Under the pieces are notes generated by a model that worked only from the letters and a program-made list of their open reading frames with translations, ran no database searches and was not told the origin of the DNA. Of a stretch of 64,000 bases of DNA, positions 1 through 12,892 are shown in pieces. Position numbers and translations under genes: made by a program. Source of the DNA: Octopus bimaculoides (lineage: Eukaryota); NCBI RefSeq assembly GCF_001194135.2, contig NC_068986.1, forward strand, positions 45,719,444 to 45,783,443, in the 5' to 3' direction. How positions within the stretch are numbered: the first letter of the stretch is position 1; every line of letters starts with the position of its first letter.

Positions 1-52
1 TTAGCGTACTGGTGCCACTTGTAGCACCTTTTATTATAAATTAATAATAATA

Positions 53-103
53 ATGATGATAATAATAATAATAATAATAATATATATATGTATATATAAT
101 TTA

Positions 104-150
<47 letters not shown>

Positions 151-190
151 AACTTATGTATGTATGTATGTATGTATGTACGTTTGTATG
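53..190. repeat. Compound microsatellite (AAT)n/(TA)n/(ATCT)n/(TATG)n
   Basis: Directly visible. Confidence 0.95.
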
Positions 191-960
191 TATAGAGTGT
201 TTGGCCGTTTGCTTCTCTCGATATTGACAAAGTATGGTCATGGTACAGGCTAAAACTACCTGGAAGGAATTTTTTAGGGTGAAAAATGACAAAACAAGGC
301 CATTCACGTCAGCACTGTCAGATATGCCCATCACTATGATGAAGAAGCCGCCTGAATCCATGCATTTGACTCAGGCTCACTCATTACTGAAATGTAGAGT
401 TCTTCTGGCATGTATGACAATGCACATGTCCTCGTCACTAATCCCAGCAAAATCTCAGCGAAATCCAGTACCTTATACAGAAATTCTCTCGATAAAGACT
501 GGTAAAAATCAAATTAGGTATAACTTGCCCTACCTCTGCCACTATCGGTTTTAAGCCATGTTATGATATCGCTAGTGTTGCTCCAAAAGCCTAGACTGGA
601 GGTCCTTCTAATGTCGTGATTTATCTTCCCGATCATCTGCTTGCTCACCAAGCTGATCTCAGACTGCGCAGGGTTGAGTCGACAGCAATTTGGCGTTAGA
701 AACAAAGTTAAACTTATGAGCTTTGATCAAAATAAAGGCCTGCATCTTCGTTAGTGTTTTACTCTTTCTTCTATATCTACTCTAAATGCTATATCTTTGG
801 TCTCAATGTTTAATATTTCCAAAGGCTTGAGAGGCTGACCTTCCGTAAGTCGCTGGGATGTTGTCATTAAGGTGGTGTGCATGTGTATGGTTACTTAGGC
901 TACGTAATTTTTTTGTAGCAACAGCAAACAATAGGGTCATATCAGAAGTTTTAAAACGAT
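190..960 (-). mobile_element. Penelope-like element reverse transcriptase fragment (decayed)
   Basis: CRLNPAQSEISLVSKQMIGKINHDIRRTSSLGFWSNTSDIITWL and GGFFIIVMGISDSADVNGLV match PLE RT motifs (RLINPAKSEIG; FDVTMGSYDGAEVCELVG). Confidence 0.75.
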
Positions 961-1089
961 TATAAATATCCATGTGTATATAGATATATGTGTGGGGGAC
1001 CCGTCTTGGGTGTCTGGATAAGAACATTTCTTTACACTAAGAAGCAATTTGTTTGGTTTCCCCACAACTGATGACTTCTCATGAAATCT

Positions 1090-1340
1090 AAGTGGATTTG
1101 TTAGAGGAAACTGAAAGAAGCCAGTCGTAGATAAATGTGTGTGTCTGTGTTTGTCCTCCCATCACTGCTTGACAACCGGTGTTGGTGTGTTAATGTCCCC
1201 GTAACTTAGCGGTTCGGAAAAAGAATCCGATAGAATAAGTACCAGGCTTTAAAAATATGTCCTGGGGTCGATTTGTTCGGCTAAATCCCTTCAAAGCGAT
1301 GCTCCATCATGGATGCAGTCAAATGACTGAAACAAGTAAC
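1090..1340 (+). mobile_element. tRNA-derived SINE family A, 5'-truncated
   Basis: Shares gtccccgtaacttagcggttcgg...gtcaaatgactgaaacaagtaa with the copies at 16419, 23560, 46866 and 54910. Confidence 0.85.
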
Positions 1341-1424
1341 AGAATAACAGTATAAAGAGTCACGTAATTCAAGTTAGACAATTTTCTTTTTCTTTCCTCA
1401 CTAGTTCTGCTCCGAGTCCTAAAC

Positions 1425-1580
1425 ATAATAATGGTTTCTGATTTAGGCACAATACCTATAGTTTTTGAAGGGAGGGTGTTTGTCGAATTCATCAACTCTT
1501 GTCCTTCATTAGTATTTTAAATTATCGATTCCGAAAGGATGAAAAGCAAAGCTAGTTTCAGTGGTATTTGAACGCAATAA
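1425..1580 (-). mobile_element. SINE family D fragment
   Basis: ttatcgattccgaaaggatgaaaagcaaag core. Confidence 0.7.
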
Positions 1581-1589
1581 ACAAAATAT

Positions 1590-3975
1590 TAGCAGCCATA
1601 AATATTCTCCAATACGAAACTGCACCATCCAGAGGAAACTAAGGAACCTCACGAATCCGAGTCACCAGGTGCACTATGCAAAGTACTTTTCTCTCCTCCG
1701 TAAATTTCACCCTACTGACGCATAGTTAGAGTAAACCAATTTACATGGACTCATCACGCTACATTCACCGGTCTTTAAAGAAACAGCAACTCTGCTTGGC
1801 AGAACGCCATGACAGAATATCCACTGACCGCACTGTCGGACTGGCGGAGATCTGTGAGTGCCTGACAGCTTTCTAGGAGTCACGCATACTACCCTGGTCT
1901 GCGCGTAAACTAGGACTGCAGCTCAGCCAGAGACGAACTGCAGAAAAGTGCATATAACAAACGGTCACCACATCTGTTCTCTGTCAAGGAAACGCTAGCC
2001 ACGGTATGCCTAGTCCTCAACTCACTGGGTGTTGACAGCAAATAAACTGTCTGACAAAAGGACAACATCCCCTATACAGAAAGCGGAGGAGCAAGCGCTC
2101 CAATCTGGTCAGTCAGTAAACGGGACAAGGCATGGCTGTCAATGACGGATACAATGTAAGCACTCCTCACTTTGATCCAGCCCTTCAGGGATAGTTCGTT
2201 TTTGGCCCATTTCCGTGTGAGTCTAACCATATTCCACGTCACCTCTTTCCAGTTCTTGCCCACTTGGAAGTTTGGACCAAACTAAACCTTACGACGCTGT
2301 TGGACAGGTGCCGAGCAGCAGGCCCACTGACGCCTGGTTAATTTTTACTCCTATCAACGCTTCACTTCCTCAGAGCAGTGCTGATCACTTCGATGTCTTT
2401 CATATCCGACACTATAACGGTCATATAATCTACATATTCAAACACGGACCTTCCACATCCCAGTTCTCGCGGGATATAGAGTAAGTACGTATAGAAATAG
2501 GGAAAGATTACATTTTTGGTAGACCTAGCACAGCATACTAAACGGTTCTGACAAGTGGACGTTTATTCTGACCACCAAACAAATATCACTGTACATTGCA
2601 GTGATCCAGTTTCTGAAGATGGTCTCAAAACTAACCGCCCTCAGGACAGTCTCCAAGTATTGATGGTTGTCCTCATAAAATATTTTCGACTGATCTAAAC
2701 TGATCAGGGCTCCACACATACCAGGTACTATAGCTACCTTTTACATCATGTATCGGGAAAGGTAGGGGCTATCGTGGATACATCTGTTGGTACGGTGCAT
2801 ATTTGTGCCTCACCTATCAGAGTATCGATGACAAGCTCCGACCACTTTGATAACACTTTAGACAAAGCCTTCAACTCTACGTTAAATAGACTTACGGGCC
2901 TGAAGTTATTAAAGTCACCCTCTTTGTTCAGGTTATTTTTCAGTAGCAACACTATCCCTCTTTTTGCCGGACTGAGAAATCTCCCGTTCTGCTGCCAGTT
3001 GAGGCAGACCTCTCTCACGAGGCCCCCATACAAGTCTGGCATATTATGATAAAGCTCGTAGGGAGATCGTCCAGCCGTGGCAACATCTCTATCGTGCAGT
3101 CTGTCATCGCTTCCCATTTCATCAGCCATTATCGACTTTTCGCAGAACTCTTCACCACCAGTCGAGAGCTGTGAGGTAGGCGGTAAAGTTCACCATCTGC
3201 CACAAATAGTTGAGGGAAGTGCCACTGAAAAGACACACATATCAGTTCCGAATCAAATATCATGTGCCTCTCCCGATCCATCAAAGACCAAATTGTTTCT
3301 TTGTTTTCCTAGTTGAACATCTACCCACTGGTCTGTCGAACGGCTTTTGTTTCTCCATGCCTTAGAGTACGTACCCTAGTTTTAACACCGCAATCTTTCT
3401 ACTTAGTGTTGAAGAGTCGGTTAAGAGCCAATCTTGCCGTCAGTCGTATTGTTTTCTAAATATTTCTTCCAGGATACTCATTAGCTCACCCTCTACTTTG
3501 AGTTTCTCTCTTAGTATTTCCATATCAAAATTTACAGATTTTTTCAGGACTAACTAGCATCAACTGTTGATGATTGTCCCTAAAAATTTCCTGCTAATGA
3601 GTTCTCTAATCCGGCCTCTGTAAACTTGCCGTATCGGGAAAGATGGGCTTGGTTTCCAGTAACCGGGTCCCTGTCAATACAGCTTATCTAGGTCGGCCTT
3701 ACAGGTCACAAATTTGCAGTCATTATCATAGCCAACAACTTCGAATTGTGGCACTCTATGTTAACTCTATCAACTAGTCGACAGAATACTCTATACAGAT
3801 ACGACCTGGATGACCTGATACTGTTTGCCCATATCTACATAGGTGCATTCGGGAAATCCAATCAGTTCCTGTAAACCACTTGGAAACGACTGTGCAGGTT
3901 TTCAAAGCTGTTAGTCTCACCTCTTAAGTCAGTTAATCCAGACGTTCATCTAAGATGGATTAACAATCGTCCACT
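1590..3975 (-). mobile_element. Tx1/L1-clade LINE ORF2 relic (end of APE endonuclease plus RT)
   Basis: SSRSYLYRVFCR, QGPGYWK, NFRPVSLFNVELKALSKVL, GALISLDQSKIF, CQHP..GLGIPW; stops and frameshifts. Confidence 0.85.
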
Positions 3976-3979
3976 AGTA

Positions 3980-4137
3980 TGAAATGTTGGGATCAGAGTT
4001 GTAGTCGATTACATCGACTTCAGTAATTGGTAGATACTTATTTTATTGGCCCTCACAGGATGAAGGGCAAAGTCGACCTCGGCAGAATTTGAATTTAAAA
4101 CGTAAGGACAGACAAAATATTGCTCAGCATTTTGCTT
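3980..4137 (-). mobile_element. SINE family D
   Basis: ggatgaagggcaaagtcgacctcggcagaatttgaa core. Confidence 0.8.
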
Positions 4138-5203
4138 GAAGAAGAAGGAGGTGCTGAAGGAGAAAAGGAAGAAGGTGCCGAAGAAGAAGAAGAAGAAGAA
4201 AAAGAGAAGACGAAGAAGAAGACGAAGAAGAAGACAAAAATGAAGACGAAGAAGAAGAAAAAGAAGACGAAAAAGAGGAAGAAGAAAGCCAAAGAAGAAG
4301 ATGAAGATAATGAAGAAGGAGAAGGGGAAGAAAAAGACGAAGAAGAAAACGAAGAAGTCGAAGAGGACCAAGGAAGAAGTAGAAGAAGAAATGGAAGAAG
4401 TAGACAAAAAAGAAGACGAAGAACGAGAAGACGAAATAGAAGAAGAAACAAAGAAGAGGAAGCCGAAGAAGACGAGGAAGACGGAGAAGAAGACGAAAAG
4501 CAGAAAGATGAAAAAGAAGAACAGGAAAAGTAGCGAAGAGGGAGAAAAAGAAGAAGACGAAGGTGAAGAAGAAAAAAAGCGAAAACAAAGAAGACGAAGA
4601 CAGAGGAGAAGAATACGGCAAAGAAGAAGAAGAAAGGGAAGAAGTAGAAAAAGATGAAGAAGAAAACGAAGAAGAGGATGAAGACGGAGACGAAGAAGAA
4701 GACGAAAGAGATGTAGAAGAAGAAGAGGAGGAAGAAGAAAACAAAGAAGGTAAAGACAAAGAAGAAGAAGAAGAAGAAGAAGAAGAAGAAGAAGAAGACA
4801 ATGAAGAAGACGAAGAGAAAGAAAAAGAAGAAGAAGAAGAAAACAAAAAGAAGACGAAGAAGGAGAAGCTGAGGAAGAAGATGACGAAGAAGAAAACGAC
4901 GAAGAACGAGACGAAGACAGAAGAAGAAGAAGAAGAAGAAGAAGAAGAAGAAGGAGAAGACAAAGAAAAAGAAGAAAAGAAGATGACGAAACCGAAGGAG
5001 AAGACGAGGACGAAGAAGAAGAAGACGAGGACGAAGAAAAAGAAGACGAAGAAGAAGAAAAGGCTGAAGAAGAAGACGAAGAGAAAGAAGAAGTAGGAGA
5101 ATAATAATAATAAGAAGAAGAAGAAGAAGAAGAAGGAGAAAAAAAAAGAAGAAGAAGAAGAAGAAGAAGAAGAAGAAGAAGAAGAAGAAGAAGAAGAAGA
5201 AGA
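4137..5203. repeat. About 1.07-kb degenerate (GAA)n/(GAC/GAG) purine-rich repeat
   Basis: Very T-poor plus strand; produces the spurious E/K/F/S-rich ORFs. Confidence 0.95.
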
Positions 5204-5239
5204 ATTTCTTATATTTATGGTAAAAGAAATTATTCATTA

Positions 5240-5527
5240 TTTATTGTAGCATGTTTATTCTTTATAAGACATTAATACATTTAGAGAAAGTTGTTCTGAA
5301 TCTTTCAGTCATGAAATCGGAAAGATTCTGTGCGTAGTATAATACAAAAATGTTAATCGAAAATGTGAATAAATTACATGTTATAGTTGTTGAATAACAA
5401 GCATGGTTCTATCCAAATTGGTAAGAGCAATTTTCAAGCAATTTAGTGGTAAATATTAATTTATTCAACAGGTTGAAACGTTTTAATCAGGACAGTAGGG
5501 CTATTCATATTTATTAGTAAATTTATT
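5240..5527 (-). promoter_or_regulatory. Candidate polyadenylation signals of the minus-strand gene
   Basis: Minus-strand AATAAA at 5522-5527, 5510-5515, 5460-5465, 5254-5259 and 5240-5245, downstream of the stop codon. AT-rich context, so the site actually used is unknown. Confidence 0.4.
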
Positions 5528-5768
5528 TTATGTCAAAATGTGTTGAAGAACGTTAAAGATATTTTTTTTTTAGCAAATATTAATAATATCACAAAGATTA
5601 GTTTACTGTCGAAGTTTGTATCAATCGATGAAAACAAGATAAAGTAAAGGCTAATTTCTTATATATACTTATGCGAAAGTGATACGTAAATGTAACAATA
5701 TATGCTGTGTGATGAGTTTAAGTCTGTGCGCTAAATAAAAAATATATATATATAAATCTCATTGATGT

Positions 5769-5857
5769 TTAGGAAAGTGAAATATATCTCTCTAGCATCT
5801 GAACAGTTAGTAAAGCAAGAATTATTATTGAGAACATTGCATTCCGGCTTGCAGCGC
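5769..5857 (-). CDS. Terminal coding exon: (G)[31 protein letters not shown]-signal-like tail
   Basis: Acceptor ttttttttcttttgtag|; small residues (D-G-A-A-S), a spacer, a ~16-aa hydrophobic stretch, then TAA at 5771-5769. Confidence 0.85.
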
Positions 5858-8800
5858 CTACAAAAGAAAAAAAAATACATATGAACATCAACGAATTTTG
5901 TTTTTGAGGAAGTATCATATTTAATAAAGCCAGTAAAAAGTTGTTGTTTGTCTATATGTTACGTTTTTCTTCTATGAACAACAGCAAATTCAGTTAAAAA
6001 CTAAAAACCAAGAATGTAAAAATATATATTCATTGAACAAGTTTCAGGCTGATGTAGTGCATGATATTTTGGGAATCATGAACAAATAACAACTGTTTTA
6101 AAGAAATATAAAGAAGTGAAATAGAGAGAAACAAAAACTACTGAGGCTATGTATAAATTTTATTAATTATGACTCTTCACAAGAAGTATAACATTGTTAG
6201 AAATAGCAGCCAAATACCCTTCAAGTTTCAACCTACTAAGGTAGTAACTGTTGCAGAGAGTTCAGAATGGCAAAAAATTCGGCAACTGACAAAACAGCGT
6301 CGTTAGGGTAATGATTGGACCTAGAGGGGTTGTGAATATTTAAGTCCCTGCCGAACGTGACTTCAGAAGTGATAATGTAACATAGATGTTAAAGAAAGAG
6401 AAGGGGAGAGAGAAAGAGAGTGAGAGAAAGAATGAGAGAGAGAGAGCTGGAAGGGAGAAGAATAATTGATAGTGATTGGAAGAGATCAGGGAGTTGTAGA
6501 AATAGTAAATGAGATTAAAGTGATGAGGAAGGGTAACTTTGAGTCAGAGTAAGTGGAATATAATGCTGCCTGGAAGCTAAAGGTTTTGTGTTGCAGAAAA
6601 GCTGTAATGACTTGTGTGTAAGGGAGTGAGTAATAACGTGTAGAATCCAGGTCGATTCGTTTTTATAATTCTATTCTAAATTGCATACACTACTATTTAA
6701 TTCACCTTATTTTCGCGTTAATCACACCGTCAATCACCTTGATTTTGTCTTACGAAAAATAATGAATTACTTACCATCACATTCCAGAAGTTCGCTATAT
6801 TCCTTACTCCCCTCACATTTGGATTTATCAATACAGTCACGTACTTCTTTATAATACCTAGGAAGAGCGAGAAAAGAAAACATATTGTTGAAGCGATAGA
6901 ATTTGCATTGAAATACGACACTACTCACAATGTTTTCCTTGTGTTCTTTAATTAATCCTTTGTCTGTCTTGTGCATCACTTGAGATTCACAGGATGTCTG
7001 TCCTTAACCACCATGCACCATATATGTTGCACATTCGCAATATTTACAATCACCAATGTAATTTGGAACTTAAAGGATAGCTTTGTATTACTCAGGACGT
7101 TTGAAGAAAGAGCTAAAGAAAAGTTTGAATACAAGCGTGGACGATTATGACAAACATGAAAATGCTTTGGACAAGCAAAAGAATAAAATAATCTATATTT
7201 TCCGATACGACTTTATTTTATCGACCCTGAGAGGATGAAAGACAGGATTTGAAATCAGAATTATAGAGCCGAAAGAAATACCAGAAGGTATATGTCCAAT
7301 ACTAACGTTCCTGCTAGTACGCCGCCTCTTTATTTTGTTTTACGCATGAAACCAGCACTTATGAGGGGATGGGTTTGTTGAAACGATCGGCTCAAGAGCA
7401 TAATTGTCATTTTATTTTCTTGATCGCAGAGATATGAAAGGCAAAGTTCCCTTTGCGGGATTTGAAGTGAGAACGCAAAGGTTTGGAACAAATACAGCAA
7501 GGCAATTTCTCTGATGCTCAAACGTTTCTACTGCCCTTTGCCAAAATGATGACCTCTTTATTAACCACAAAATTGATAAAGATATCAAGGCCAGCACAAG
7601 ACGATGTGATATGGGATTACATAAAAAAATGTAAACAAGAGAATTATCTAAAAATAAACACAAAGATTCAAAGAACAATTTCCCAGCATAGGAGAACCTC
7701 TGAGGACTACTCGTGGAAGCCCTACAAAAATCAAGGTCTGTCTCATCACTTGTCTTGGACAAGTGTCCTCTCACAACTACCATTCCCCAATTTACAGTCG
7801 CACGCTTAAAGCACGCCCGTTCCTTTGATGTGGGTAAAAAGCTTTAATGTTATTTGTGCCCTCGCACAAGTGACACTTTGTCCTTCTACTCTCAACAACC
7901 ACGTGAAGGTTTGTGCAATCAGGTAGCGTTATGAAGTTAGAGATGGCCTCGATATTTGGCAGATCTGCCTGTGTTAACAACTCCACATGTTCTTCAGTAT
8001 TCTCAATATCTGCAGAATACTGGCTTTCTCTTTTATGTCAAAGAGAACCGCTTCCACCAACCAGCGGATGTTGATTTCTGGTGGCATATTTAATATTCTT
8101 ATTTTAAACACACTTCAACCAAAGTAAATGGGGCTGAGGATGAGTTTAACACTCGTTAGGGTGGTTGTTGAGTGCTTTTTGGCCTTTTCTTCTGAGGTAA
8201 ACCTCACTTCCATTTTTTACTCTTGGCTATGTAAGTTTTGCACTTCCAAATTGGTGCCAAACATTTTACTATCTGCTGGTGTGTTTCCTACTCTGTTCTA
8301 CTTCTTGCTCAAGTTTCGTATAAAGCTGTCCGCAAATTAGCAACTTGCTGGACCGATCTAGGAACATTCAGCGCCGCATTTCACCCACATTTCTCCAACA
8401 TTCATTTTGCACTTTAAAATTCATTTTCGTCAAAAATGTTGGTGGTGGTGGGTTTGATGTGGCCAAAAGCGGTGGTTTTTGGAGGTGACAGTGTTCTCGC
8501 TAGTGTTATTTTTGATTTTTGTTGTCATTCATCGCTTTTGTTGTTCCTGAGATGGCACATACTGAAAGTTTTAGCAGCGGAAAGTTACTTTCATGTTACC
8601 TTCAATGTTACTTTCATGTTGTTGTTGTTTTTGCTGCTGCTGTTGATGTCACTGACTTTTACAATTTGGCTGTTTTGATTTGCGGATAACTGGTTCTTCT
8701 TTTCAGCGGCACAACAATCATCATCTGCCATTTTTATTATTAAACAAAAATTGATGTGCTTGTTAAAGAAACCTCAATTTAGTCCCTAAAGGCTACAGAT

Positions 8801-9330
8801 TGAGAAAAACTAATTCCTAAGGACCTAGTTAGTTTATCTATATAACGACAACTAATGTTCAATATATAAGTCTGTAACAACGAACTTACGGAATCGATGT
8901 GCTATACGTGACAATGGACGAACAACAACATCAACAAGAATAATAATGGTTTCATCGATACTAGTGTTTAACTGGTACTTATTTATCGACCCCGAAAGGA
9001 TGAGAGGAAAAGTTAAACTTGGTGGAATTTGAACTCAGAACGTAGCGACGGGCGAAATACTGCTAAGTATTTCGTCCGGAACGCTAACAAATCTGCCAGC
9101 TTTCCGCCTTTACAATAATAATAATCCTTTGTACTGGAAGCACAAGGCCTCAAATTTGGGTGAGGGAATAAGTCAATTACATCGACTCACAGAACTCGAC
9201 TGGTACTTAATTTATCAACCCCGAACGGATGAAAGGCATAGTCAACTTCAGCGGGACACAGAACATAGCCGCAGATGAAATACCGCTGAGCATTTCGCCC
9301 GGCGTGCTAAGATTCTGCCATCTCTCTGCC

Positions 9331-9394
<64 letters not shown>

Positions 9395-9669
9395 CAACAA
9401 CAACAACAACAATAATAATAATAATAATAATAATAATGGTTTCCAATTTTTCCACAAGAGCAGCCATTTTGGGGAAGCAGTGTTTCATTGGTAGGTAATT
9501 TATTAGTACGTAATTTATCGACACCGAAAGGATGAAAAGCAAAGTCGACCTCGGCGGAATTTGAACTCAGAACATAGAACAGACGAAATATCGCAAAGCA
9601 TTTCGCCCGGCGTACAAACGATTATGCCAACTCTCCGCCTTGATGATGATGATAATGATGATGATGATG

Positions 9670-9712
<43 letters not shown>

Positions 9713-10172
9713 TGATGCTTAAAGGCACATGGCTGAAATTTTGAGGGGAAGGGGATAGTCGATTACATCAATGCCAGTGCACAACTGGTACTCATTTTAT
9801 CGACGCCAAAAGATAAAGTCAAGATCGGTAGAATTTGAACCCAAAACTTAGCGAAGAGAGAAATATCGCTAAGCATTTCGCCCGTCGTGCTAACGATCCT
9901 GCCGGCTCACTGCCTTGATAATAATAGTAATAATAACAATAATAATAACGGTTTCAAATTTTGCCACAAGGGCAGCAATTTTGAGAGAGGGGATGAGTCG
10001 ATTACATCGACTCCAGTATTTCAATGGTACTTAATTTATCGATCTCGAAAGGCTGAAAGGCAAAGACGACCACAGCGAAATTTGAACTCAGGATATAGCG
10101 ACGGACGAAATGTCGCTATGCATCTCGTCCAGCGTGCTAACGATTCTACGACTTCGCTGCCTTAACATCATC

Positions 10173-10239
<67 letters not shown>

Positions 10240-11502
10240 TGATAATAATAATAATAATAACAATAACAACAACAATAATAAGCTTCTGATCTTAACTGAC
10301 TGAAAGTGTTATCATGTACATTGTTTTGTTTTGGTATAAAAGATGGGCTACAGCAAATATTCTACTCAATACCACAGATTTGCTTGTCAGTTGTTTGACC
10401 ATAACCAGTTGAGCATGCCTCTTAGTAGATGACGATATGTGCATCTCTAATCACGAGCAAAAATAGTGCGGGAGCATCCTAGCCATGTATTGAGAGAAAT
10501 TCTATGAGGTTTGGATAATTCACCTTTGGAAACATGGGTGTTTCGTTCAACGTTCTTTAACAACCCTTATTCAGGGACCTGTTGATCGGGATGGGCTACT
10601 CAACTTGAAAAGAATTCTAACTGGGCTCCACCTGCAAAGTGATGCACTGTTTATCTTGATATGAGATCACCATGTCGCACACATATAGTTGTGATGCATG
10701 CATCTAGTGTACCCTTATCAGATGGGTAATCATGATGGGTATAATGGGCTTCGTATATTTTACTCCAGTGTCACTTTGATGGCATGTACTGCTCTCTCCT
10801 TCAATAATAACAATAGTAATAATCCTTTCTACAATAGGCACAAGGTCTGGAATGGGGGAGATTACTAGTCGATCGCATCGACCTGAGTGTTTCACTGGTA
10901 CTTAATTTATCGACCTCGAAGGAATGAAAGACAAAGTCAATTTTGGCGGAATTTGAACTCAGAACGTAGCTCCAGACAAAATACCGCTAAGCATTTCGCC
11001 CGGTGGGCTAACGATTCTGCCAGCTTACGGCCTTGATGATGATGATAAAGGCCAATAGACCAGATATAGTTGTCAAAGATCATGAAAAAAAAAAATGCTT
11101 TCTAATTGATATATAAATACCAGCAGATCACAACGTTTCCCTAAAAGAAATGGAAAAACTTTCAAAATACAAAGACCTGGAAATAGAGGTAACTTGAATG
11201 CGGAATCTAAAAACAGAAACAATTCCTATCATAGTAGGTGCCCTAGGTATAATAAAAAATATTCAGACAAATACATAACAAAAACACCAGGACTTACAAA
11301 TATATATAACATACAGAACATTGCACTACTGGGCACTGCACACATCCTGCGCAAAACACTTTCAATACAGTAACCATAAGAACATCACAGCAAACCACAG
11401 CACATACCCAAGGCACACAAAGCTGCGCTCGGTAGTGAAGTGAAAGCACGTTATAAAAATAAAACTACTGAATAATAATAATAATAATGATGATGATAAT
11501 AA

Positions 11503-11535
<33 letters not shown>

Positions 11536-12207
11536 ANNNNNNNNNNNNNNNNNNNNNNNNNNNNNNNNNNNNNNNNNNNNNNNNNNNNNNNNNNNNNNNN
11601 NNNNNNNNNNNNNNNNNNNNNNNNNNNNNNNNNNNNNNNNNNNNNNNNNNNNNNNNNNNNNNNNNNNNNNNNNNNNNNNNNNNNNNNNNNNNNNNNNNNN
11701 NNNNNNNNNNNNNNNNNNNNNNNNNNNNNNNNNNNNNNNNNNNNNNNNNNNNNNNNNNNNNNNNNNNNNNNNNNNNNNNNNNNNNNNNNNNNNNNNNNNN
11801 NNNNNNNNNNNNNNNNNNNNNNNNNNNNNNNNNNNNNNNNNNNNNNNNNNNNNNNNNNNNNNNNNNNNNNGTGGAATCTAAAAACAGAAACAATTCCTAT
11901 CATAGTAGGTGCCTTAGGTATAATAAAAAAATATTCAGACAAATACATAACAAAAATAGCAGGACTTACAAATATATATAACATACAGAAAATTGAACTA
12001 CTGGGTACTGCACACATTCTACGCAAAACACTTTCAATACAGTAAACATAAGAGCACCACAGCAAACCACAGCACATACCCAAGGCGCACAGAGCTGCGC
12101 TCGGTAGTGAAGTGAAAGCACGTTATAAAAATAAAACTACTGAATAATAATAATAATAATGATGATGATAATAATAATAATAATAATAATAATGATGATG
12201 ATAATAA

Positions 12208-12240
<33 letters not shown>

Positions 12241-12821
12241 ATATAATATATAAATATAAATAATAATAAATGCCCTGATGCAGTACCAGACAGTGGATGT
12301 CATGGCTTTCAATTTTAACTGATTGGAAGTGTTATCATGTACACTGTTTTTTGTCTTGGTATAAAAGATGGGCTGGAGCAAATATTCTGCTCAGTACCAC
12401 AGATTTGCTTGTCAGTTATTTGACCTTAACCAGTTGAACCCTCGGTGGCTGACGATATGTGCATCTTTGATCACGAGCAGAAGTAGTGCGGGAGCATCAT
12501 AGCCATGTGTTGAGAGGAATTCTTTGGTATTTAAATAATTCACCTCTGGAAACATAGGTGTTTCGTTCAACATCTTTAAACATACCTTATCAAGAGACAT
12601 TTTGAACCGGATGGGCTACCCGACCGGAAGAAAATTCTAACTGGGCCCCACCTGCACTGTTTATCTGGATATGAAATTACCATGTCGCGCACACTTGGTT
12701 GTGATGCATGTGGCTGGTGTACCCCTAAATGATGGGTAGTCATGATGGGTAAACAGGACTTCATATATATTTTACTCCAGTGTTACTTTGATGGCATGCA
12801 CTGCTTTCTCACTCAATAATG

Positions 12822-12892
<71 letters not shown>

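Noticed and set aside
4009-5237. Long E/K/F/S-rich ORFs up to 380 aa
   Set aside because: Artefacts of the GAA repeat; open in several frames on both strands.
8947-10163. CRISPR-like array
   Set aside because: Eukaryotic context; the units are ~200-bp SINEs separated by microsatellite, with no cas genes.
11048-12241. Two Dong 3' ends as independent insertions
   Set aside because: They flank a gap and share the same downstream microsatellite pattern, so they are probably uncollapsed haplotypes.
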